DNA from: an uncultured Gemmatimonadales bacterium
Lineage (GTDB): Bacteria; Gemmatimonadota; Gemmatimonadetes; Gemmatimonadales; Gemmatimonadaceae
Direction of reading: 5' to 3'
Length of the DNA stretch: 64,000 nucleotides
NCBI GenBank assembly: GCA_963793305.1
Contig: CAWBZV010000004.1
Location: forward strand, 114,712 to 178,711
How positions within the stretch are numbered: the first letter of the stretch is position 1; every line of letters begins with the position of its first letter. Positions 9,877-20,181 of this stretch are shown here, one piece after another. Below the pieces are notes generated by a model. The model saw only the letters and a program-made list of their open reading frames with translations. It was not told the origin of the DNA and did not search any database. Both the position numbers and the translations under genes were made by a program.

Positions 9877-9893
9877 AGCAAGAGCGATGCCAG
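9877..9893 (-). promoter_or_regulatory. sigma54 (-24/-12) promoter of the ATP-grasp/GNAT/KamA operon
   Basis: Minus strand CTGGCATCGCTCTTGCT = TGGCA-N6-TTGCT with exact GG-N10-GC spacing, 38 nt upstream of the start codon. Confidence 0.7.
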
Positions 9894-10015
9894 TTACGAA
9901 TTGGCGGGAGTATACCGGTCGCGAATTTGTAGCGCAATGACCTTTATCACGCGCGCGGCGAAAAAGTTCGCGATGTGCGCGAGAGTCTCGCGATATGCGA
10001 GGCGTCGAGGCTCGG

Positions 10016-10765
10016 TCAGACCTTGTGATAGCCGACGCGCGCGGCTTCGCGACGGTCGCTCGCGTCGTAGATCTCGAAGTCGGAGAAGAATCCCGGCGCT
10101 TCTTCCCGGAGCAGCTTGAGGACCGCGACGGCCATCCGACGAATTTCCAGATCGGCGCCCTCACCGGCCCGGAGCTCCAGCATCGTCCGCCAGGCGCGGG
10201 CGTTCGCGGTGACCACGATCTTCGTCTCCGTCGAGTTCGGGAGGACGCCACGCGCCGCTTCCCGCGCCATTTTCCGCCGGTGCACGCGCTCCGGGATCCA
10301 CGCGTACTGCTCCATGAGCTCCCCGACGAGCTGCACGTACGCGGCCAGCGCCCGATCGATCTCGCCTTTCCAGGTTTTCTCCAGCGCCTCATCGCCAAGA
10401 ATTGCCGGAGGGACGACAAACGCGGCGTCCGACTCGTCCACGTACCGCTGGCTGAGTTGGGAATACGCGAATCCCGCTCGGTGGCGCACCAGCTCGTGGG
10501 TGAGCGAGCGGCTCACGCCTTCCAGGAGCATCGTGTAGTTGGCGTGCTCCAGGACGCTGCCGTGTCCCTGCCTCTTAATGTTCTCGAGGTAGTCGCGCGT
10601 GCTGCGGCCGGCGGGATTCGCCTGACTCATGTAGCACAGCCGGCCGGCAAACTCGGCGAGCCGCTCGCCGTCCGTGCTCGGGCCCAACCAGTTGACCTCG
10701 AGGTGCTCGGGCGCCGAGAAGCTGGGCCGGGCAAGCATCGTCACGATCGGAGCGCGGTAGAGCAC
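10016..10765 (-). CDS. thyX: FAD-dependent thymidylate synthase
   Basis: GRLCY, GHGSVLEH, SRSLTHELVRHR, SQLSQRY, REAARGVLP, N.RAW. Confidence 0.95.
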   Translation of the reverse strand: MLYRAPIVTMLARPSFSAPEHLEVNWLGPSTDGERLAEFAGRLCYMSQANPAGRSTRDYLENIKRQGHGSVLEHANYTMLLEGVSRSLTHELVRHRAGFAYSQLSQRYVDESDAAFVVPPAILGDEALEKTWKGEIDRALAAYVQLVGELMEQYAWIPERVHRRKMAREAARGVLPNSTETKIVVTANARAWRTMLELRAGEGADLEIRRMAVAVLKLLREEAPGFFSDFEIYDASDRREAARVGYHKV

Positions 10766-10768
10766 GGA

Positions 10769-12298
10769 TCAGGAATTCTCCGCAAGAAGAGTGAGCCGCG
10801 GCGTGGCGTAGGCCCGCTCGCGTTCCACGCGCGCGAGCGCACGCGCCGCGGCCGGGGGCGGCGGCGGGAGCGCGGGGTCGTACTTGATGTCGCCGAGCGG
10901 TTGTTGGCCCGGCAACGGGACCTTCACGCCCGGATTGAGCCGGTGGTCGGGATCGAACCCGCGCTTTACCTCAGCGAAAGCTGCGAGTGTCTCCCATTGG
11001 TGCCAGACTGTGTCCAATAATGGCGTCCGCAGGCGGCCATCGCCGTGCTCGCCCGTCAGCGTTCCGCCGAGTCGGGCGGTGAGCGCCGCGACGTCGGCGA
11101 GCAGCGCGGCGACACGGTCGCGCCAGGATCCGTCGCGGACGTTGATCAGCGGATTGACGTGCACGTGCGCGTCGCCCGCGTGGCCGAAGATCACCCCGCG
11201 TACGCTCTGATTCGCCAACGCCGTCCGTACGCCCCGCACATAGTCAGCCAGTCGCGCCGGAGGGACGCAGCCGTCTTCGATGAACTGCATGGACTTCAAG
11301 CCCGGATCCAGCCGATTCAATATGGGGCTGGCCGCGTGTCGCAGCTCCCAGAGTGCGCGCTGCGCCTCCGGCTCGCGCGCAATATCCACGCGGGTGGCTT
11401 CCGCCAGATCCAGACCGGAACGCGAGGACTCGAACTCGATCAACAACACTGCTTCAGTCCCGGCCGGACATTCGGCTCGGGCGAAATCCAGGAAAGTCTT
11501 GTCGAGCAGCTCACAGGCCGCGGCTCCAGCCTCGCGGGCGACCGTGGCCCCATTGACCGCCGTCTCCAGCGTTGGGAATGCCGCGAACATGCTGGTCGTT
11601 GTCGTTGGACGGGGGTCGAGGGCCAATTCAATCCCAACGAAGAAAGCGAGCGTCCCTTCGCTCCCGACCAGCAGGTCAATGAGATCGCCGCCCAAATAAT
11701 ACCCCGACGAATTCTTGCGCACGGCCAGTCGCTCCGTCTCGCTCCATTGGTGCGGCACGCCCCGCTGAATCACCTCACGCCGGCCGTCGGCGAAAACGCA
11801 GTCGAGCGCTGTGACCCACGGGCGCATTGAACCATGACGGAGCGAGTGGGCGCCCGCGGCATTGGTCGCGGTCATCCCGCCGATGGTGCAAAACGCTCCA
11901 CTCGATGGATCGACCGGAAAGCGGAGTCCAGCGCCAGCAGCCGCGGCATCGACCCGAGCGCGGATCGCACCTGGGCCAACCATTATGTGGCCTTGAGCAA
12001 CAGGGCCGATCGTGTCCAGCCGACCCAGATCGACAATGACACCGTCGCCGACCGCACCGCCGGACATGCTGCTCCCCGAGCCGCGGGGAATCAGCAGCGT
12101 ACCCGTCTCGTGGGACCAACGCGCGAGGGCGACGACGTTGGCCGCGTCAACGGGGACGGCGATCGCGAGCGGCGTCGCGCGGGCGATGCCAGCCGCCTCG
12201 GCGTACACCGCCCGGGCATCCAGATCATCGCGAAACACCCCGCGAAATTCAGAGGGCGGTCGGAGTGGGTGGATCAACGGTATAGTCGTAGAATCCAC
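10769..12298 (-). CDS. FAD-linked oxidoreductase (GlcD/D-lactate dehydrogenase family)
   Basis: PRGSGSSMSG, TIGGMTATNAAG, GSEGTL, GHAGDAHVH, GEHGDG, FDP..RLNPG. Confidence 0.9.
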   Translation of the reverse strand: MDSTTIPLIHPLRPPSEFRGVFRDDLDARAVYAEAAGIARATPLAIAVPVDAANVVALARWSHETGTLLIPRGSGSSMSGGAVGDGVIVDLGRLDTIGPVAQGHIMVGPGAIRARVDAAAAGAGLRFPVDPSSGAFCTIGGMTATNAAGAHSLRHGSMRPWVTALDCVFADGRREVIQRGVPHQWSETERLAVRKNSSGYYLGGDLIDLLVGSEGTLAFFVGIELALDPRPTTTTSMFAAFPTLETAVNGATVAREAGAAACELLDKTFLDFARAECPAGTEAVLLIEFESSRSGLDLAEATRVDIAREPEAQRALWELRHAASPILNRLDPGLKSMQFIEDGCVPPARLADYVRGVRTALANQSVRGVIFGHAGDAHVHVNPLINVRDGSWRDRVAALLADVAALTARLGGTLTGEHGDGRLRTPLLDTVWHQWETLAAFAEVKRGFDPDHRLNPGVKVPLPGQQPLGDIKYDPALPPPPPAAARALARVERERAYATPRLTLLAENS

Positions 12299-13124
12299 GG
12301 CCCGACTTCCGGCCGAACCACCCGGCCAGCACCATGCGCCGCAACAACGGCGGCGGCGCGAACCGTGTCTCGCGATACTCGTCGAACATGATCTCGGCGA
12401 TCCGACACGCCGTATCGATCCCCACGAAATCGAGCAGCGTCAGCGGCCCCATCGGATGCCCGGTACCGAGCCGCATCGCGTTGTCGATGTCGACCGTGGA
12501 TCCCACGCCTTGCTCCACGGCTCGCACGGCATCGAGCATATACGGCACGAGCAACCGGTTCACGATAAACCCGGACGCGTCTTTCGCACGCACGGGTTCT
12601 TTGCCCAGTCTCCGGGCAAAGTTGTCGGCCGCTTCAATCGTCGCGAGACTGGTCCCGATGGTCGGGATGACCTCGACGAGCGGCATCACCGGCACCGGAT
12701 TGAAAAAATGGAGCCCGATGAGGCGATCCGGACGGCCGCTGGCGGCCGACATGGCCGCAATGGTCAGACTCGACGTATTCGAAGCAAAAATCGTCTCGGG
12801 CTTGGCCAGCCGATTGAGCTCGCGCCACAGATGATTCTTGACCTCGAGGTCCTCGACCACGGCCTCGATGACGATCTTCCCGACGGCCGCCGCCTGGAGA
12901 TCGGTCCCGAAGGCCAGACGGGCCAACGCGGCCTGGCAATCGTCGTGGCTCAACTTCCCGCGCTCCACGGCGCGCCCCAGCGACTTCTCGATCGTCTTGC
13001 GGGCCCGGTCGGCCAACTCCGACGAGACTTCGCGCACGTACGTGCCGAATCCCGCGCGAGCGGCCACTTCGGCGATGCCGCTCCCCATGAGCCCACCGCC
13101 TAGGACGCCGACGGAATCGATCAT
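12249..13124 (-). CDS. 3-hydroxybutyryl-CoA dehydrogenase
   Basis: GGGLMGSGIA, EAVVED, ASNTSS, HFFNP, GFIVNR, HPMGPL, GRKSGRGFY. Confidence 0.93.
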   Translation of the reverse strand: MIDSVGVLGGGLMGSGIAEVAARAGFGTYVREVSSELADRARKTIEKSLGRAVERGKLSHDDCQAALARLAFGTDLQAAAVGKIVIEAVVEDLEVKNHLWRELNRLAKPETIFASNTSSLTIAAMSAASGRPDRLIGLHFFNPVPVMPLVEVIPTIGTSLATIEAADNFARRLGKEPVRAKDASGFIVNRLLVPYMLDAVRAVEQGVGSTVDIDNAMRLGTGHPMGPLTLLDFVGIDTACRIAEIMFDEYRETRFAPPPLLRRMVLAGWFGRKSGRGFYDYTVDPPTPTAL

Positions 13125-13915
13125 CGGCGGATGTCTCCATGTTCGAGGCGATCGAGCACTTGCTCGAGCGCCAGTTGCGTACGCTCCACCGTCTCGCGGT
13201 GGCGCCGAGCCAGCGCGTATCCGCCGGCGAGTCCGGCCACGACGGGTACGGCGGCGATGGGAAAGATCGCGAGAACAGCGAAATGGGCAATCGACGCGAG
13301 GCCGGCCACGACGCCACCGCTCACCACGCCGCCCACGGCCACGCCGGCGCCCTGCTCCAGTCGCTCATTCCGCGTCCGCGACACGTCGGCATCGAGTCGC
13401 ACCGTCACGCGCTGCTCGTCGACCGGGATGACCGTGGCCGCGATCTCACTCGCGTGCTGCAGATCGAATCGCCAGCCGCCAATGCGACGGAACATCGCCC
13501 AGAAATCGCGCCGTGGCTCCCACGTCCATCGCTCGGCGTACCGGCGCTTGATGGCAAGGCTTTCCTCGCGGGTCAGCGTCGCATTGAGCGCCTCGAGCAC
13601 CGACGCGGGCGTCCCCGCGACCGTTCGACTCGCCGACGCCCAGCCGGCGCCCGCGACCTGCGCGCGAAGGCCCCGCTCCGTCGGAACGCCTATGCGCGTC
13701 CGCTCCTCGGCGATCGCCTGGCGAAGGTGCATGACCGACAGTCCCACCTCGGCGCCGGCGGCGATGACTTGATCGTCGGAGAGCACATCCGGCGCATCGT
13801 CGGCACTGATCGACAGGTTCTGGAGCTGGGCCGCCCGGGCGAGTACGCGCTCGACCGCCGCTCGGTCTAACGCATTGCTCGGGGGTACCACCGGGACTGG
13901 GAGATCAGAGGCCAT
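13121..13915 (-). CDS. Hypothetical membrane protein
   Basis: Operonic overlap with the dehydrogenase; two C-terminal hydrophobic segments. Confidence 0.7.
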   Translation of the reverse strand: MASDLPVPVVPPSNALDRAAVERVLARAAQLQNLSISADDAPDVLSDDQVIAAGAEVGLSVMHLRQAIAEERTRIGVPTERGLRAQVAGAGWASASRTVAGTPASVLEALNATLTREESLAIKRRYAERWTWEPRRDFWAMFRRIGGWRFDLQHASEIAATVIPVDEQRVTVRLDADVSRTRNERLEQGAGVAVGGVVSGGVVAGLASIAHFAVLAIFPIAAVPVVAGLAGGYALARRHRETVERTQLALEQVLDRLEHGDIRR

Positions 13916-13932
13916 CGTATTCGAAAAGTAGC

Positions 13933-14992
13933 CTATTTCATCTCCAGATCGATCTGGTGACTCAGCGCGTCCCGTATCGCATCAGGGAGGGGAAACGCCG
14001 CGGCCAGGTCGGTCCCCGCCTTCGACGTCCGCAGGTAATAGCGGGCGTAGCCGTCAGCCAGCTCGGGCGCGGCCTTCGTGAGCAGCATATACCCGCCGCG
14101 AATGCTGAGCGCCTCCGTGTACTGCTCACCGAACCCGTTCCGGCGCTGGGAAATTGTCGTGGCCGCGGCGAGCGCATCGTCGCCGACGGCCCGCGCCGCG
14201 ACGTGCGCGAAGACGTAGATCACCTGCGCGGCGTCGGCGACGCTGTCCGGGAACGGCGCGGCCAGCGACGTGCGGCCGTTCGGCTCCTTGTACGTCACAC
14301 CGGCGCCATCGACCGGGAGTGACAGGATGATCTCGCCCGTCGGCTGGTGCGTTGCCGCGAGGAAGTGATCGAGCTTGGGCTCGGTGAGACGCCACAGCGA
14401 GTCCGCCGCCGCGAGCACCGGCCGGCGTCGCCGTTCCTCGGCCACCCACCAGCCGTGATAAAACTGCGTCCGCGCGCCGTCGAGGCCGTGCGAAAAGTTG
14501 AGCAGGAATTCCCGGTCGAACATCGACGAGAAGTAGTCGGCCAGATGCGTCTCGAACGTCGGGTATGACGGTCTTCTTGCTCTTCTTCGAGTCCGTCGGC
14601 GGGTGCAAGTAGAAATCGATGGCCGACTGCATCTCATCCCACGTCCCGGCATCGAGCGCCAGCGCGCGGGCCTCGGCCAGCTTTGGCGTCTGGTCCCAGC
14701 GGGCCTGCAGGCCATCGTGCACCGAGTCGAGCGCGGTCAGGACACTCTGCTGATTCTGGGCCAGCGAGAGTTGGTCCAGATAATCGCGACGGTAGACCGG
14801 GACCTTGGCCGTCGTATCCTCGCTCAGCTCGGCGAAACCCGTCAGCCAGAGGTCGACGTGCTCTCTCGTCTTTATGGGCCATTGTGCGTGGACCCGGCTG
14901 GACAAGCCAGCCGTGCCCACGCACATGGCCAATCCTATTAGGAGGTCGCGCCCGCAGGCGCGCCCTGGACTACCCGGCTTTCGCGCCTTCAC
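13933..14992 (-). CDS. Hypothetical exported protein, frameshifted near 14560
   Basis: GTG overlaps the thiolase stop; signal-like [14 protein letters not shown]; coding-like sequence continues in the 13933-14715 frame. Confidence 0.55.
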
Positions 14993-16147
14993 GACAGTGC
15001 TTCTATCACGACCGCGATGCCTTGGCCGCCGCCAATGCAGGCGGCGCCGAGTCCCCATCGCTTTCCGGCGCGGCGAAGCGCGTAGATGAGAATGGGTGGT
15101 GATCCGCGCGCCGGACGCCGCGAGCGGATGGCTCAGGGCAATGGCTCCGCCGTGCACATTGAGCTTCTCACGCGGGATCTGGAGCTCGCGCTCGACCGCG
15201 CACGTCTGCGCGGCGAAGGCCTCGTTGATCTCGATGAGATCTATGTCGCTCAGCGATCGCCCAGCCCGTTTGAGCGCAATTTGCGCAGCAGGCACGGGAC
15301 CGATGCCCATAATCGTGGGATCGACACCAGCGAGTCCCCATGAGACCAGCCGGGCAAGCGGCTTGAGCCCGCGCGATTTGGCGAACATGTCAGACGCAAT
15401 GACCAGTGCCGCCGCACCATCGCCGATACCCGACGCGTTGCCCGCGGTGACGACGCCACCCTCTCGAAACACCGGCTTGAGCTTGCCGAGCCCTTCGAGC
15501 GTCGTATCCGGCCGCGGGTGCTCGTCCTTGTCGAACGCCTTGCCTTTCACAGGCACCGGCACGATCTCGTCGGCGAACGACGCCGCCGCCGTCAGCTGCT
15601 GCGACCTGAGCGCGAACTCGTCCGCGCATCCCCGGTCGAGCTTATAGCGCGTCGCCAGGTTCTCGGCCGTCTCCCCCATCGAGCACCCGGCGTACGCATC
15701 CGTCAGCGACTCCCACAGCGAGTCGGCCAGCACAGGTGACGTTCCCAGTCTCGTGCCCCATCTCAGACCGCGCGCCATGTGCGGCGCTTGCGACATCGAC
15801 TCGCCGCCGCCGACGAGACAGACATCGGCATGTCCCAGCAGGATCTCCTCGGCGCCGCTGATGACGGCCTGAAATCCCGATCCGCACAGTCGATTGACCG
15901 TGAGCGCCGGGGTCTCGATCGGAGCGCCGCTCTTGAGGGCGACATGCCGCGCGAAGTACGGGCTGTCGGCGGTCGTCGGGATGACGTTGCCGAAGATCGC
16001 CTGCGAAATATCAGTCGGCGCCACGCCTGACCGTTGTATCGCCGCTTTGGCCGCGACGACGGTGAAATCGACTGCAGTGGTGTCTTTGAGAGCGCCGCCG
16101 AATGTCCCGAAGGGCGTGCGCGCCCCCGAGAGAAACACGATATCCAT
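14989..16147 (-). CDS. Acetyl-CoA C-acyltransferase (thiolase), one extra base near 15090
   Basis: [40 protein letters not shown]; after the shift CIGGGQG then TGA at 14989. Confidence 0.92.
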
Positions 16148-16164
16148 AGCCGAGAAAACTAGCC

Positions 16165-16225
16165 GCCGCTCCGCGGCTCGTCGACGCAACGCTCGCTGCG
16201 CTTCGCGTTGCTCGACTGGTCGGTT
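16165..16225 (-). repeat. Dispersed structured intergenic repeat, copy 1
   Basis: Plus strand GCCGCTCCGCGGCtCGTCGA..hairpin..TCGACTGGTCGGTT, shared with 25149 and 33568. Confidence 0.85.
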
Positions 16226-16240
16226 GGACAGAGCTCGAAA

Positions 16241-16885
16241 CTACGCCGAGCTCTCGAGATCGCTCTCCACGAGATCCGAGGCCTGCGTCTCGACCTCCCG
16301 TCCACACACGGGGCAGAAGCTCCAGTCGACCTCGAGCTCGGCGCTGCAGGCGGGACAGAGTTTCACGGTGACGTTCTGCCCACAGTATGGACAGAAGGTG
16401 ATGCGACGCCCGTCAGGCAGCGCACCCCCGCAAAACGCGCAGGGCCCGCAGGCGAGAATGGTCGTCGGCGCCGTCGCGCGCGGCGATGCGACCGGCGAGA
16501 CGGTCGGCGTGATCGGCCGCCCCGAACGCCGCATGGTCTCGTCGAGCCGCGTCACGGCCTCGGCCGAGATCTCGATGAGCGACGCGGCGTAGTTGCGATA
16601 GCTGATCTTGGATGTGCCGTTGGACGAACCCTTAAGCGCCTGCTGCATCGCGGCATCGCCGGATACGTATTCGCGTTCCCCAGCGAGGAGCCGGGTCAGC
16701 GCGAGCTCGTAGTCATCGTGCATCTCGATGCCGAGCTCATTGCGGTTCGTGCGGTACGGCACGACGCTCTGATAGACCTCGGCGACCGGAAAGGGGCTCG
16801 TCAGGTACTGCGGATATTCGGCGCGGATATTGACGACCAGCCGTCGAAAGAGGCGGTCGAGATCATCCTCAATGTTTTTTTGCAT
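16241..16885 (-). CDS. Zinc-ribbon domain protein
   Basis: C-terminal CAFC..CPYC..CPAC..CPVC. Confidence 0.8.
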   Translation of the reverse strand: MQKNIEDDLDRLFRRLVVNIRAEYPQYLTSPFPVAEVYQSVVPYRTNRNELGIEMHDDYELALTRLLAGEREYVSGDAAMQQALKGSSNGTSKISYRNYAASLIEISAEAVTRLDETMRRSGRPITPTVSPVASPRATAPTTILACGPCAFCGGALPDGRRITFCPYCGQNVTVKLCPACSAELEVDWSFCPVCGREVETQASDLVESDLESSA

Positions 16886-17060
16886 CGTCGATCTTTTCCA
16901 TCTGCGCGTCGACGTCGGTCTTCACGTTGTCGCGGTTATTCCCGCCCACCCGCATGACCAGCCGCGCGACCACGTTCTCGTCGTTTTGTTTCGCATCCTG
17001 AAACCCGAGCCCGTACCCGACGCAGACGCCGATTACGAGCAGGATGACGTATTTCAGCAT
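16869..17060 (-). CDS. Small hypothetical membrane protein
   Basis: N-terminal hydrophobic helix; fills the gap between co-oriented genes. Confidence 0.6.
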   Translation of the reverse strand: MLKYVILLVIGVCVGYGLGFQDAKQNDENVVARLVMRVGGNNRDNVKTDVDAQMEKIDDAKKH

Positions 17061-17063
17061 ACC

Positions 17064-17663
17064 CTAGCGACGCGGCAACTCGCGCGAGGCAACGAACGCC
17101 GTCGCGTCCGGAAACTCCGCCAGCGGCCGTAACTTTCGTTGCGTACCCAACCAGGCATCGAACCCCGACGGCACAATTCCTTGGGACGCCGATTGATCGG
17201 CCGCGGCGCGCGTCGCGAGATGATTCGCGTACTCGTTCTGCGGATGGCCATTGTGCCCTCTCACCCATCTCCAGGCGACGTCGTGTCGCCCGTCGCACAC
17301 GGCCTCGATCGCGTCGAACCAGAGGTCCAAATTTTCTATCGGGCCGCCTTTCCGCGTCCAGTCTCGTTCGGCCCAGCCGAACACCCACGATGTCAATCCA
17401 TCGATGAGATATCGCGAGTCGCTCGTAAAGACGACGCGAGCAGGTTTCGAGAGCAGTTGAAAGGTTTCGATGACGGAGCGCAGCGCCATGCGATTGTTGG
17501 TCGTCGCCGGCTCGGAGACCCACACATCGCGGCGCTCGAGAGCGCCTGACTTCCGACGATACTCGAGGAGCGCCCCGGCGCCCCCGGGGTTATCCCCCTC
17601 CTTTCCGTTGCCCAGGCACGATTCGTCCGCGTAGATCGCGACGAGGGGCTCAGCGGACGACAT
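17064..17663 (-). CDS. rnhA: Ribonuclease HI
   Basis: IYADESCLGN..PGG, TTNNRMAL, SDSRY, IENLDLW, WVRGHNGHPQNEYANHLA. Confidence 0.9.
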   Translation of the reverse strand: MSSAEPLVAIYADESCLGNGKEGDNPGGAGALLEYRRKSGALERRDVWVSEPATTNNRMALRSVIETFQLLSKPARVVFTSDSRYLIDGLTSWVFGWAERDWTRKGGPIENLDLWFDAIEAVCDGRHDVAWRWVRGHNGHPQNEYANHLATRAAADQSASQGIVPSGFDAWLGTQRKLRPLAEFPDATAFVASRELPRR

Positions 17664-17868
17664 CTATAGAATCGACCTCGTCGATGAAGAGCGTGATGCG
17701 TTCGCCGGTCGTGGGATGACGGGCTTCTATGGATTCGCGGCCGCCGGTGAGGACGAGCCGCGTCGGGACGACGATGAATTCGGTGCCCCGTCGATACACG
17801 ACGATCCGCGTGCCATTCGCGATCGCCCGCTCCAGCGCATCATATTGAACGTGAGTAAGCTCGGCCAT
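17650..17868 (-). CDS. Small hypothetical protein
   Basis: ATG start, overlaps rnhA start, globular-looking composition. Confidence 0.65.
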   Translation of the reverse strand: MAELTHVQYDALERAIANGTRIVVYRRGTEFIVVPTRLVLTGGRESIEARHPTTGERITLFIDEVDSIDVVR

Positions 17869-17886
17869 TTGCCCTATAACCTAGTG

Positions 17887-17902
17887 CGGCACGCGTGTTG
17901 CG
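17887..17902 (+). promoter_or_regulatory. Putative sigma54 promoter of the trehalose operon
   Basis: CGGCACGCGTGTTGCG with GG-N10-GC spacing; predicted +1 near 17913, next to the ATG at 17915. Confidence 0.5.
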
Positions 17903-17914
17903 CGTTACCGATCC

Positions 17915-19414
17915 ATGGCTGACGCCGCCGCCGCGTTCTCGGGCCTGACGCTGATCCTGCTCTCGAACCGGGAGCCGTATGAACACGTCTCCCGACGCGG
18001 GGAGATCGAAACGCGCTACCCGCCTGGCGGGCTCGTGAGTGCGCTCGACCCCACGCTGCGCCGGACCGACGGTGTCTGGATCGCGTGGGGCTCGGGCTCG
18101 GCCGATCGCGTCACCGCCAATGCGTGGGGCCGACTGCAGGTCCCACCGCCGCCGGACGATCCCGCCTATACGCTGCGCCGGGTGTGGCTCGACGAGGCGG
18201 ACGTCGAAGGCTATTACCTCGGATTCGCGAACAGCGTGCTCTGGCCGCTGTGTCATCTGCTGGTCCAACATTATCAATTTCGCGCCGACCAGTGGGAACG
18301 GTATCGCTCGGTCAATATGCGATTCGCGGATGCGGTGCTCGAAGAAGCCCGGCGTGTTGGCGGCCAACCCATCATTTGGATCCAAGACTATCATTTCGCG
18401 CTCGTTGCCGATCAGGTGCGCTCCAACGCGCCGGAACTCTTCATTCATCAATTCTGGCACATCCCGTTCCCGCCGTCGGAAATCTTGCATCTGCTCCCAT
18501 ACGGCGCATACGAGGCCATTCTCCGCGGACTCGTCGGGAACGATCTGCTGGGCTTCCACACCGAGCGATACGCGCAGAACTTCCTGAACTGTGTCGCGGA
18601 TCTCTTGCCAGGAGCGACCGTCGATAGAGAGGCGCGTACGGTCTGCTACGAGGGCCGGACCATGGCCGTCGGCGCCTTCCCGATCAGCATCAACGTCGAG
18701 CGCTTCGAGCAGCTGAGCGAGGCGCGCAACGTCGCGGCCCATGCGCAGGAGTTGCGTCGTCAGTATGCGACCGGTGGCAAGCAGCTTGGGGTGAGCGTCG
18801 ACCGGATCGATTACACGAAGGGCATCCTCGAGCGTCTCCGGGCGCTCGATCTCCTGTGGCAGGAATCGCCGGAGCTTCGCGATCGCTTTACGATGCTCCT
18901 GGTCGCGACGCCGTCGCGATCCGAGCTCGCGCCCTATTGTGCGCTCCAGGCCGAGACCGTGAGTCTGGTCGACGCGATCAATCGCCGGTTCGCGACGCCG
19001 GGCTGGACACCGATCGTTCTCGTGACGAAGAACGCCGACGCGACCGAGCTCGCCGCCACATATCGGGCCGCGGATCTCTGTCTCGTCTCGTCGCTCCAGG
19101 ATGGGATGAACCTCGTGGCGAAAGAATTCATCGCCTGTCAGGCCGACGAGCAAGGCGTGCTCGTCTTGAGCCGGTTTACCGGAGCGGCCGAGGAGATCAA
19201 TGACGCCGTGCTCGTCAATCCGTTCAACATCGACGGCTTCGCGGCCGGGATCCGGCGGGCGCTGGAGATGCCGATCGAGGAGCGCCAGCGGCGCATGCAC
19301 GCGATGCGGGAGCGCCTGCGCCACGCCACGATCTTCGACTGGCTCCAGTCGATCACCGACCGGGTGCAGGCGTTGATCGCCGCCGGACCGGACTGCGTTA
19401 CGCGGTCTCCGTGA
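17915..19414 (+). CDS. otsA: Trehalose-6-phosphate synthase
   Basis: SNREP, GGLVSAL, YYLGFANSVLWPLCH, WIQDYH, HIPFP, VDRIDYTKG, DGMNLVAKEF. Confidence 0.95.
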   Translation: MADAAAAFSGLTLILLSNREPYEHVSRRGEIETRYPPGGLVSALDPTLRRTDGVWIAWGSGSADRVTANAWGRLQVPPPPDDPAYTLRRVWLDEADVEGYYLGFANSVLWPLCHLLVQHYQFRADQWERYRSVNMRFADAVLEEARRVGGQPIIWIQDYHFALVADQVRSNAPELFIHQFWHIPFPPSEILHLLPYGAYEAILRGLVGNDLLGFHTERYAQNFLNCVADLLPGATVDREARTVCYEGRTMAVGAFPISINVERFEQLSEARNVAAHAQELRRQYATGGKQLGVSVDRIDYTKGILERLRALDLLWQESPELRDRFTMLLVATPSRSELAPYCALQAETVSLVDAINRRFATPGWTPIVLVTKNADATELAATYRAADLCLVSSLQDGMNLVAKEFIACQADEQGVLVLSRFTGAAEEINDAVLVNPFNIDGFAAGIRRALEMPIEERQRRMHAMRERLRHATIFDWLQSITDRVQALIAAGPDCVTRSP

Positions 19415-20181
19415 ACGTTGATCGAGACGCGATCGCCTCGCGTCTGTCCGGTACGCCGCTCGTCCTCCTCCTCGACATCGACGGCACGATCTCGGCCATC
19501 GCGCCACGGCCAGTGGACGCCACTGTACTGCCCATGGCCCTCGACGCGCTCAGGTCACTGGTGCGGGCCGATGGCGTTGTTGTCGGGCTCGTCTCCGGAC
19601 GAATGGCGGACAATGTTCGCCGGATGGTACGAATCGAACCGGCGTGGGTGATCGGCAATCACGGCGCCGAGATCGTCTCGCCGGACGGGCAGGAAACGGT
19701 CGAGCCGAGTGTTGCCTCGTTCGAGGGGGTCGTCGCCGCCGCGCGCCGATCACTCGAAGCGAGCGGCGTCGCGGTCGAAAACAAGCGGTGGACCCTGACG
19801 GCGCACTATCGAAACGCAGACCCGGAGCGGATCCCGGTGATCAGCGACATTGTCTCGCGCGTGGCGGCCGAGCATGGGCTAGTCGTGGTAGCCGGGAAAA
19901 AAGTCCTGGAGCTGCGACCGCCCGTGACCGTCAACAAGGGAACGGCAGTTGTCGCACTGGCTGATCACGTCGGAGGTTTCAGGTCTGGGGCATCGATCCT
20001 CTATGCGGGAGATGACGCAACCGACGAGGATGCGTTCATCGCGCTGCGTTCGCGCGACCCACGCCCCGTGACGTTGCACGTCGCTGGCGAGGGATCGCAG
20101 CAGACGTGTGCGGAGTATATCGTAGCGGACCCAATGGAGATGGGCAGCGTGCTGGCGTGGCTGGCGGAGTTGCGCGGATGA
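19411..20181 (+). CDS. otsB: Trehalose-6-phosphate phosphatase
   Basis: HAD motifs LDIDGT, SGR, GNHGAE, GKKVLELRP..NKG, GDDATDEDAF. Confidence 0.92.
   Translation: MNVDRDAIASRLSGTPLVLLLDIDGTISAIAPRPVDATVLPMALDALRSLVRADGVVVGLVSGRMADNVRRMVRIEPAWVIGNHGAEIVSPDGQETVEPSVASFEGVVAAARRSLEASGVAVENKRWTLTAHYRNADPERIPVISDIVSRVAAEHGLVVVAGKKVLELRPPVTVNKGTAVVALADHVGGFRSGASILYAGDDATDEDAFIALRSRDPRPVTLHVAGEGSQQTCAEYIVADPMEMGSVLAWLAELRG

Noticed and set aside
14126..16189. 687-aa thiolase fusion protein
   Set aside because: Caused by one extra base near 15090; the normal thiolase end (CIGGGQG..stop) is in the adjacent frame.
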